This document shows positions 23,607 to 33,000 of a DNA stretch of 33,000 nt, piece after piece. The notes under the pieces were generated by a model. The model worked only from the letters and a program-made list of their open reading frames with translations, made no database searches and had not been told where the DNA came from. The position numbers and the translations under genes were made by a program. The stretch's first letter is position 1; every line of letters begins with the position of its first letter. Source of the DNA: Glycera tridactyla (taxonomy: Eukaryota). The DNA lies in the NCBI GenBank assembly GCA_965644265.1, contig OZ286462.1:71703001-71736000 (forward strand), in the 5' to 3' direction.

Positions 23607-24125
23607 CTAGGATGACTGTCTGTTTTTGCTCTTAGAATGAACTGGAAGTCGAAACGGACAGACTGACCTGATTGTCAGCTCCGATGAACTGATAGGACCA
23701 TACTTCTCCTTGTCTCCTGTTTGGCAGTTGAAGCTTGTGCTGGTTGTCCGAATGTTTCGGGAAAGGAATCCCGCAGGCATTTGTGTAAATTGAGTGTAGA
23801 GGTCTTCATCTTGACCTTGATACACTACAAACACATACAGTAACCAATGAGGGGTCGAACTATGTCGGTGATGATGCTAATGAGATAACCTGGTATCTAT
23901 TCCTACACAATGCGTGGTCTCTGGTATGAAAAAGATCACTATGGTGCGTGACGTGAAATACCAATGATGCATAGAAACTAATGATTGATACCCGATGTTC
24001 ACATACATGTATTGGGAGCGTATCTTGTAAAAGCATGGGATCCTTGAATTTCATGAATATTCATCTCCCATCAGGGCCACGGGAGACGAGTCTTGGATGA
24101 TTGCAGCTACATCCATTGGATGGGT
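23607..24125 (-). mobile_element. Possible LINE endonuclease fragment (continuation of the 289-582 paralog)
   Basis: THPMDVAAIIQDSSPVALMGDEYS then ...RNIRTTSTSFNCQTGDKEKYGPISSSELT resembles PTR+T..S.TLID.I..N...SG.I...+SDH. Confidence 0.4.
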
Positions 24126-24148
24126 AAATTGTAAATAAATCTTATTCA

Positions 24149-25090
24149 GTTGTGGTTCGAACTGCTTTGATTGTTTGATGAATCATCTTCCTAGATGAAT
24201 TGTGGTTCGAACTGCTTTGATTGTTTGATGAATCATCTTCCGAGATGATTTGTGGTTCGACCTGCTTTGATTGTTTGATAAATCATCTTCCGAGATGAGT
24301 TGTGGTTCGGACTGCTTTGATTGTTTGATGAATCATCTTCCGAGATGAGTTGTGCGTCGAACTGCTTTGATTGTTTGATGAATCATCTTCCGAGATAAGT
24401 TGTGGTTCGGACTGCTTTGATTGTTTGATGAATCATCTTCCGAGATAAATTGTGGTTCGAACTGCTTTGATTGTTTGATGAATCATCTTCCGAGATGAGT
24501 TGTGGTTCGAACTGCTTTGATTGTTTGATGAATCATCTTCCGAGATGAGTTGTGATTCGAACTGCTTTGATTGTTTGATGAATCATCTTCCGAGACGAGT
24601 TGTGGTTCGAACTGCTTTGATTGTTTGATGAATCATCTTCCGAGATGATTTGAGGTTCGAACTACTTTGATTGTTTGATAAATCATCTTCTGAGAAGAGT
24701 TGTGGTTCGAACTGCTTTGATTGTTTGATGAATCATCTTCCGAGACGAGTTGTGGTTCGAACTGCTTTGATTGTTTGATGAATCATCTTCCGAGATGATT
24801 TGTGGTTCGAACTGCTTTGATTGTTTGATAAATCATCTTCTGAGAAGAGTTGTGGTTCGAACTGCTTTGATTGTTTGATGAATCATCTTCTGAGATGAGT
24901 TGTGCGTCGAACTGCTTTGATTGATGATGAATCATCTTCCGAGATGATTTGTGGTTCGAACTGCTTTGATTGTTTGATAAATCATCTTCCGAGATGAGTT
25001 GTGGTTCAAACTGCTTTGATTGTTTGATAAATCATCTTCCGAGATGAGTTGTGATTCGAACTGCTTTGATTGTATAATCAATCATCTTCC
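24149..25090. repeat. Minisatellite, about 19 copies of a 50-bp unit
   Basis: Consensus gttgtggttcgaactgctttgattgtttgatgaatcatcttccgagatga repeats head to tail with only a few differences per unit. One unit is 49 bp. There are no unique spacers. Confidence 0.98.
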
Positions 25091-25679
25091 AAGTGGTTAC
25101 GATTGTCTAAACACACCCAACTAGATGGAATTAGGAGAAAAATAGGGAATTGCTGAAGCAACTTCTCAAAAAGTCATAGTGTTGTAGTGGTGGTAGTTGT
25201 AGCTGCAGTTTAGGATGAAGAAGCTGCAACAATGGCATCTAATTTTGTACAAGTGGCCATCTGTGAGGATGTAAACAGCACACCTGGGGTACCAACACAA
25301 CAAATCACATGATCTACTGGGAATATGTCGCATCTAAATGGTCCACTTTGCTGCCTGTCTCCCTCACCACTCACCGTCAGTTTCTACATGCACACAACAG
25401 CTATGTCCTCATCAAGCCTCCCCATGGTCCATTCCAATCTCTCACCACTCCTACCCTCTCCATACTTATTTTGTCTGATCCAAGTTCATCTTGAACATTT
25501 GACTACCCAAGTGTTGTGAAATATGAAGTGGCCTATGTTGGCAGGTGGTTTGTACATAAAGGTTATCTGTCAAGCAGGTCTTTATGTGAATAATGATATG
25601 GTCTTTGCTTGGAGTGGTTTGCTCACTGTAGAAAACAGATCAAGGTGAAAAGATATGATCTTTCCGGCAGATTCAACTC

Positions 25680-25800
25680 TGGATAAATGGCTTGTTGGAT
25701 TGATGGATGGATGAATCAGTTGATGTTTGGAAGAATGTATAAATGGATGGATGGATGAATGGATGGGTGGAATGTCAGAGGGATAAGTGGATGGGCAGAT
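25680..25800. repeat. (GGAT)n microsatellite
   Basis: gatggatggatgaat runs, longer than the paralogous tract at 1477-1520. Confidence 0.9.
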
Positions 25801-25864
25801 AAGCAAATCTGTTGTTTAATCCGGGATGTGGAATATGCATGTCCACAATGTGTGGTGACCTAAA

Positions 25865-26370
25865 TTGAGGCCCATTGTCTCTTCATGTATAATCTCCTGA
25901 TCAAAGGGAAGACAGCAATGAAACTGTCTACGTATGTTATATTCATATGAATCCAACCCCTTAAACTGTCTACGTATGTTATATTCATATGAATCCAACC
26001 CCTTCCCCCTGAGGCACACACATGCATCTTAGCGACAGGGGCTTTGAGTGTAATTGCCACTAAAGACGTAGCAGACAATATCCATGTCAAATAGATAACT
26101 ACATGGAGTGAATTCCTGGATATTTCCCAGAATGTGTATCTATTATTGCGACTGTAAATCGGGGGCAGAAATATGCGTGTATGATGACACTTGCTTACAT
26201 TTGTAGGCCGCGATATGGCGACCGCCAAGGAGGCTATGAATATTATAGTGGCCAACACACCTCATCTGGCAATGGATATGCGTTCTTTTGTCAGGGCAAA
26301 TTGTGTGTGGTAAATATTCAATACCATGTGCCCGTCCATTTCTTGAAGCTGGTATTGTCATTCATTGCAA
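25865..26370 (+). mobile_element. Decayed LINE RT fragment (paralog of 1600-2060)
   Basis: LRPIVSS...YESNP...HGV.FLDISQ...VYDDT. Aligns with 1600-2060. Confidence 0.55.
25921..26004. repeat. Perfect 42-bp tandem duplication
   Basis: aaactgtctacgtatgttatattcatatgaatccaacccctt occurs twice. The paralog near 1665-1705 has a single copy. Confidence 0.97.
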
Positions 26371-26460
26371 CACGGTGGTGAAACAATTTGCTGACTGTGA
26401 TTGTGACCATATCTTGTTACTTATTAGGATTTAGGACTATTCTCATCGAGTCAATACATA

Positions 26461-26626
26461 CAGTCGAACTAGCCCCAGGGCTAGCCATGGTCACATGAAT
26501 GTGGTCTGTAGACAGATGTCTTCTGGAGAGAGGTTGTTGACTGTTGAAAATACTATCAGAGTTCAGAGTGGACTTTGTTGGTAGATGGCCTTTGTGAAGA
26601 GGTGATCTCTCGAGCTGGTCTGATTG
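26461..26626. mobile_element. MITE (paralog of 2172-2337)
   Basis: ta|cagtcgaactag ... ctggtctgattg|ta at the syntenic position. Confidence 0.55.
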
Positions 26627-26696
26627 TATAACCTATCTGCATTGATCGTGACTCGTGAGTGGGAAAAACTCTTGGAGTCTTCATTTTAGATGGGAA

Positions 26697-27045
26697 GACG
26701 GGTAGATGGACTGATTAGTGGACAGATCGACGGGTGGATGGATGGATGGATTGATGGATTGATTGTTTGATGAATGGTTGGATGGATTGGTTGATTGATT
26801 GAATGTTTGGTGGATGGATGGTCGGTTGGATTGGCTTACAATGGAAGGACGGGCGGGCAGAAGGAGAGCGTCGAAAATCGGATGGATGGACCGGTGGACA
26901 GAAAAAAAGGGTAGACAGACACAAAGAATGACGGATACAAGGGCAAACAGACGTACCAATGGATGAATGGAGAAACGGATTGACGGGCAGACGGAGGGAT
27001 GAACGGACAAACCCACAGAAGTAGGTAGACAAGAACAGACACATC
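26697..27045. repeat. Compound microsatellite (GGAT/GATT/GACA/GGAC)
   Basis: Directly visible. Paralog of 2435-2722. Confidence 0.9.
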
Positions 27046-28747
27046 GATGGGTGTGGTTCAATTCAAGAAATGTATGTATGGCTGGCATATACTTCTAACT
27101 CGCACCAACTTCTCCCATTATTCTGAGAATGCTGTAGCGGGAAGAAGCATCATCACAGATAAGACATTACTTCTCTTGCTTCGATTCAACGCCCTGCCAA
27201 ACAAAAATGTATCAAAGACCGTTTGTACCAAATAATGCTTAAGGTTATACGTGGTTCTTTGTTTTATTTATGAAGCATCGATTACATGGTCGAATAACAC
27301 GCTCATAAAGATCGCAGTAATAAAGATGGCAGTAATTATCAAATGGACAGAAGATATTTCACATGCTGCAATTGATGCCAAGGAGAATGTGGATATGATG
27401 AGGGAGATTCGGTGTGAGCCCCAGCCACCCTGAGTGTCATTCAACCAGGAAAAAAGTTATAACTTATCTAAAAATAGGTCAGCGCGCAAGAAAGGATGTC
27501 CCAATCCCTTTAAGAGCGTCTGGAATATGTTTGACATTGGTATGCCTTGCTGGCAGTCTTGACTCGAAATTACCTGTCAACATCCGCCCAGTAAAAACGT
27601 CTCATCAGTCAATGCCAACCATCATGTCATGTCGAAATTAGATTAAATTCTCCCAACAAAACCTCATCAACCCTACTCGTAAAAATAGTGAGCCAGTCCA
27701 AACTATTGCCAAATGTCTAGACTTTTTCAAATCACTGACAATCCCGTTTTTGCGCCGCAACCGTAATACACGACTTATATGAAAAGTATCATTGCTCAGC
27801 TGAAAAGTATCTCCGTTTCAACCTCTCCCTGGCCTTGTGACACTCTGTGGCAGGACTGCAAAGTGGGATATATTTTTTCGATTCCATATTTATGTATCCA
27901 TATTCTTTTATCTCAAGCAAATCATTTCGGGGAGATATTTTGACGTAGTTGCGGCGGAGCTCGCGCCATTGCCTGTGATGTGCTCATAGACACTCAGCTT
28001 GAGCGATGCAGCCATAACTTGTTTCTCTCATCTGATATGGTGTATCAGTTGCGTACCAAATCTTGTCTCTAGGTGAAGTTCAGAGAGCACTGACATTCCA
28101 GTGCCACCTAGCGATAATGTAAGCTGACCGACCCAGGCAGACTCACCGTGGGGTTCGTTGAAGTTTCCACTGCTCTTTCCTCAAACACGATGTGCACACT
28201 GTCAACAAATTCTACACTGTGTGCTCCAACGCTCTAGATTCTAAGAATGACGTTAGCAGTCACAAGATAGAATTCATAATTTAGGTCGACTTTGACTGAA
28301 TTAGCTCGGCGTCGAACATATTCATGATGATTGAGTTCACGGAATATGTCACATGAGTGAGTTATGGGAAATGTAGTACTAATCACCCACCGCAGACATG
28401 TGCATTGATTGATTGACTGAGTGTTTCGAGTGACAGATTCCATCTCAACTGAGTATCACCGTCAGAGTTCTGTGTTGATAGGCATTTTTTCCAATGAAAC
28501 ATCGAATTTTTCTTAGGTCTACCTCGGATTGTACCCTTCAGATATGTGCTTGTACGAGTCGATGTGTGTATTCTGTGTGGCTGGTTTGTGTTTACCTGTT
28601 ATGGCATAAATGCTAAGTTCGAAACATTGTTCTTTCATCACAGTGAGATACTTTTAACTTCAACCAGATCTGATGGAGTGTAGTTCATGTCCGTTTCAAT
28701 ATTCTGAGGTCAAACACGAGAGAGCACCTTCGTGATCACCTATGCAG

Positions 28748-28936
28748 GCCTGCCTTGGTGGCTCAGTGGTAGCATGATGGGCCGGCGTGCAATGGGTTTT
28801 AGGTTCAATCCCTGGTCCTACCATGCAGGAATGTTTCACCCTTCATCTTCGCTCCTTCTTGGAAGGTGGTCTGATTTAGCCTACTGTAGTGCAGAAAGTG
28901 GACCTAACACCTTGAAATATTTCTTTTCTTTCATTT
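28748..28936 (+). mobile_element. tRNA-derived SINE with perfect 12-bp TSD
   Basis: A-box-like tggctcagtgg, B-box-like ggttcaatccc and a T-rich tail. Flanked by tcacctatgcag at 28736-28747 and 28937-28948. The paralog has an empty site (tcacccatgcag, about 4337-4348). Confidence 0.92.
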
Positions 28937-30193
28937 TCACCTATGCAGACTGATCAAATCAAATATCATTTGTTTTGTACAATCCACAATAATGCGTATC
29001 GGCAACAGTATCATATTTGACCCTGATGACTAGGCCACCTCTCAGGGACATTAGGGTTTCAATGCTCTACACTAACTCTTTTCTGCAGCCGTCCTTCTGG
29101 AGAGGGGGGGGGGGGGGGGGAGGTGGTCAATGGGATTTTCAAGTGTCCTTTCGCCATTTTCAAATGCCTCTCGCATATAATCATGGACTAGAAAATGGTG
29201 AAGTGCCTCACTATCGGCAGGTAGGCTGATAAAATCACCTGCCCTATTGATGAATCCACCTGCTTACACCTGTGACTCTTACATATTAGAATATCTACTT
29301 GAAGTGGATTCCAGACTTCAGTCTCAAAAATTCCGAGATTCTCATTCATGTGTTTCGAATTTTTAAACGATATCGAATCGATGGCAAAGTATTTCACTCG
29401 GTTTGAGGTGTCGTTTACAATACATATATTTAGGCAATTAATCGGACATTGAACACCATTGTCTTTTGAACGTCTAGCTAACTTTCTACTGCACTATGAT
29501 CGACCAGGTACAGGTGTCATTCCTATCATTAAAAGGAAGATGACATTCATGAACTTGCATCTGACTTGTGATGAGATGACATCTCGTCATAAGCTGTAGT
29601 CACATGGTATCATTATCTGTATTACTGCAACAAGCGTTTATCTCCCCGAGCATCTGCACCACCTGACCACCCCTGTGGGGATATAAGTCACGAAAGTAAT
29701 TTCACAGTTGGCAGCAATAACTGCAAACAGTTTCAGCACCGCTTTTCATCACCGTAACATCACAAATTAGACAGATAGGGAAGCAGGTGCAAGTATTTAC
29801 TGAATGGGGTCGTCCACTCACCTTAGCATGATGACGCTGGTTCCTTGGTTGTGTTGTGTTGTCGCTCATTATTCTTTCTTCTGGAAGCAGTACGACATTT
29901 ACCAGTCTGCGTATCTTATGTAAGGATATCACATACGTAGTATCTTTATCAGCATCGCTTATATTGTCCTCATTCATTCATGATCTTCGTTCTTGGCTTT
30001 ATATTTGCATTTCTCATTGAAAACATATTGGACATGTCACTATGAGTTCATCCGGAAATTATGCCATCAACATTGTTGAAATATACAATGGGCGGGAGAA
30101 TTTCCTGGTGGTATCTGAAGTTCATAATCAAGTCTGCAGTTACTGGCCTGGTGGAAAACACTATCTTACCTCTGATACCAGAGGAAAACAATG

Positions 30194-30237
30194 TTTTTTC
30201 ATAGTTTTTTCATAGTTTTTTCATAGTTTTTTCATAG
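30194..30237. repeat. 11-bp tandem repeat x4 (ttttttcatag)
   Basis: Four perfect units. Confidence 0.95.
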
Positions 30238-30429
30238 TTCACAGCTCCCGGTAGTCAGTGGCTGCTTCCCTACGCTTCCCCATTGCATCATCTATACCTC
30301 TGTCTTCCCTTTATGGGAATAGAGCATGCAAACCTGGGTCAACCAGTATATCATTCAACCGCGCCAACCGAAACTGAATTTCGAATTCACATACACCTTT
30401 GAGCTGAAATAAACTCTCGGTTCATACGA

Positions 30430-30497
30430 CCGATCAACCAATCAACCAACCAACCAACAAACCAACCAACCAACCAATCAACTAAGCAACCAATCAA
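30430..30497. repeat. (AACC/AATC)n microsatellite
   Basis: Paralog of 5512-5585. Confidence 0.92.
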
Positions 30498-31244
30498 TGA
30501 ACTCCTGATGAGACGAAATCCTTTCGAAAGTTACTTCTCGAAGCTTTTCAGCTTTAAATCTCAAATAGATCACAAAAGCATTGCATTCAAACTCAATAAC
30601 ATCGCATTCATTCTTCAACAGGTGTCATGTCATCAGGCAAACTATACTGTTCTGAATCAATTGGCCACTTATATTGAGAAAAAAGCCTGTATGGCTGGCT
30701 ATGGGTTCTGAACTCCCATGTTTCATAGCGCCTCATTGAGTCTCAATTCCAGCTAGTACACGGAAGACAAGGTGAGTAGTTTGATATTTTTGATAACCGT
30801 ACATATCACCAGTGAACCTACGCATTCATTCACAGGCACACAGACACATATGCAAATCTGTACATCATTAGATCATATAGCATTGGATTGAGATGTAGAT
30901 GTAAAATGTATTTTAGTAGTAATGATCAATGAATTAAATTCGTGAGTCACTGAATGTAGCCTGTAATGAAATGCCCAGTGGTAATTGACGGGCAAAAAGG
31001 ATGAGTTGCTTGTCTGCCTATCCTGGCTGGACAACTGTGGACCATTATTTTGTGACCCAGAAAAAACTAATGCGAGTTTCTTCATAGATCATCATGTACA
31101 CATGTATGTACAATTATCCATGTACACACATACGTACAAGTAATTAGACACAAACCCACGCACGTACCCATATACACACTGTGTCTCCAACTTAATGAGC
31201 GACATGCATGCGAGCCTTCCGTGCATTTATGTCCTCTTTCTTCT

Positions 31245-31599
31245 CAGTGGTGATTGCTGCCAAATGCCACAACAACTAGATGACAGCCATTCATGAGAGT
31301 ATAGAGCAAGCCGAAAAGATGATGGAGAATGGTGATGGATGCTGCCATGGATTATCGGATATGTGAGTTTAGATAGAAGGCTAGCCGGATGCTGGCCGGG
31401 TTGTGGCCCTCCTAATCGGTGTGACGGTGATCATGGTAATGGGATTATATTGCTATTTTTATCATCATCTAATCTGTCGCAGCACACCCCTGATTTAATA
31501 TCATCCCAATAACGGCCATTGATCTTGCATTAGATCGATACCAATGCAATATGAAGGGGTGAGAGCTCTCGTTATATGCTGCTCTCTGTGAATGGCAAA
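31245..31599. promoter_or_regulatory. Candidate conserved non-coding element, copy B
   Basis: 96% identical, without indels, to 6438-6792. Confidence 0.6.
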
Positions 31600-31619
31600 A
31601 AGGGAGAGACATCTATTGA

Positions 31620-32065
31620 TACGGAGAGAGGGCGTAAGATGGATAGATAGATAGACAGAGGCAAAGAGGGGCAGTCAGGGAAGGGAGACGGATATGGCGA
31701 GAGACAGGGACAGAAAAAGATACAAAGAGATAAAGGAAGAGAGCGAGAGTGACAGAGCGGGGTAGAGGCAGGAGAAAGACAGACTGACCGAGAAAAAAAA
31801 TTGTCAATTAGTTATATATGAAATGGTGGATAATAGACAGAAATGCTCACGCCGAATAAGAGCCAGTCCGCCAGTGCTTGAGAGAATGTCTTCTCTGTTG
31901 CTGGTTTGTGTTTACCTGTTATTTATTGCACAAATGCTAAGTTTGAAACATTAGATAGTCTGGCAGAAAGACAAACGGGCGAGGAGAGACACAGAGATAG
32001 ACAATGGCAGAGAAAGAGTGACAGAGAGAGAAAGAAAGGGAGCAAGAGAAAGAGAGAGAGATGGG
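31620..32065. repeat. GA-rich low-complexity tracts
   Basis: Purine-rich gagagacaga runs, syntenic with the gapped region 6821-7797. Confidence 0.75.
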
Positions 32066-32803
32066 TGTAGGGGTGTATGTTATCTGGTATTACATACAGG
32101 GATCAAGGGGAATGCATGGCAGGGGTTGCAGAGGATAACTCTCGTCAATATACTGTTACACTCGGTCTAATATAATGAGGATTTTAATCGTAATCCCAAC
32201 TTTTATACAATCAGTTACTGGAAGAACCTATATGAGTGATTCAGGTTTTTCTCTTGCTTTATATGATACATGCAGAATGATGATTTGACAATACATGTGT
32301 TTACCATTCACATGACTGTCTATCTCTTCGACAGATGGAACTATTCATTTATTTGATCATAGAAAACCTGAGCTGTAATAATACAAATGAATGCAGTGTG
32401 ATTGACAAATTGATATTCTCAATTGTTTCTAGGTGAGTTTCATACCATAAATGGATCAATCACCAGGGCATACCAGCACGAGTCGCATTCCACTTGGATA
32501 TTAGCCGTACAATGCACATATCTAGAGCTCAAGATCATCAAGAAAAAGTTCACAGACTCGATCAGCGTGCTACTTCAGAGACATAGATTCTGTGTTATCC
32601 TTGTATCCGGTATAGTGCGAGGGTGGAAATTCAAACAGTGATGAAACAATGCATTTCATAACGTACACTCGTTTCGGAAATTCCTTTCATCTACATACAA
32701 ACATCCTTTCCTATGCCCCCTGCATTCTCCTTTCTCTCACTGGAACATATACAAACGTACTTGCACACACATATACATACCCTCACCTACTTTCTCTTTC
32801 TCT

Positions 32804-33000
32804 CATGTAGCAATTTACATGAACGATTGCATTGGGTCTAGCAGGGGAGTACAAATCATCGAGAGAAGAAGCACGGGGGTAGTTCTGATGGCACAGCCAC
32901 TTTGTCCTGGTAGCCCGATATTACGGCCGGCTGCACACACAACACTTGCCAGAGGTGCTATATGTGCTGTATGTTGTACTCACAGAGGAGCTGTACATCT
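32804..33000. promoter_or_regulatory. Second candidate conserved block, copy B (cut by window end)
   Basis: About 92% identical to 8536-8725. Confidence 0.4.

Larger units (their letters stand above)
22915..33000 (+). repeat. Segmental duplication, copy B (direct paralog of 1-8725), cut by the window end
   Basis: Same collinear alignment. It ends at 33000 in gaggagctgtacatct, identical to 8710-8725. Confidence 0.95.

Noticed and set aside
24149-25090. CRISPR-like array (regular period, palindromic repeat)
   Set aside because: Units are contiguous with no unique spacers, there are no cas genes, and the context is eukaryotic. The 50-bp period is also not a multiple of 3, so it is not a coding repeat.
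25816-25900. Integrase-like DNGPQF motif on the minus strand (NNGPEF in copy A)
   Set aside because: The other catalytic residues and the following HPQSNG..E context are missing. The plus strand of the same bases fits the LINE RT RPI motif.
25860-26258. 132-aa ORF with a signal-peptide-like start (MLATIIFIASLAVAIS)
   Set aside because: It is antisense to the RT relic, the frame is broken in copy A, and its length is inflated by the 42-bp duplication.

Overview
Eukaryotic (animal-like) non-coding DNA of roughly 40% GC, with two assembly gaps (6821-7213, 7420-7654). I found no intact protein-coding gene, rRNA, tRNA gene, CRISPR array or prokaryotic system. The supplied ORFs are short and mostly low-complexity or antisense to decayed retroelements. 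The dominant structure is a diverged direct segmental duplication: 1-8725 (copy A) aligns collinearly with 22915-33000 (copy B) at roughly 80-85% identity by eye, and both ends probably run past the window. Much of the window consists of heavily decayed CR1/L2-type LINE relics (endonuclease, reverse transcriptase and post-RT fragments with many stops and frameshifts). These are interspersed with TA-flanked CAGT...ACTG MITEs, a tRNA-derived SINE family with 12-bp target-site duplications, and many microsatellites. Comparing the two paralogs is the most informative view. It reveals a 355-bp indel-free block at 96% identity (candidate conserved non-coding element) and a second, weaker conserved block. 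It also shows a 19-unit 50-bp minisatellite in copy B that is a single monomer in copy A, and a SINE insertion whose empty site survives in the other copy. A marine invertebrate host (possibly a mollusc) is my impression from the repeat style only. All identities and protein-motif matches were judged by eye without alignment tools.
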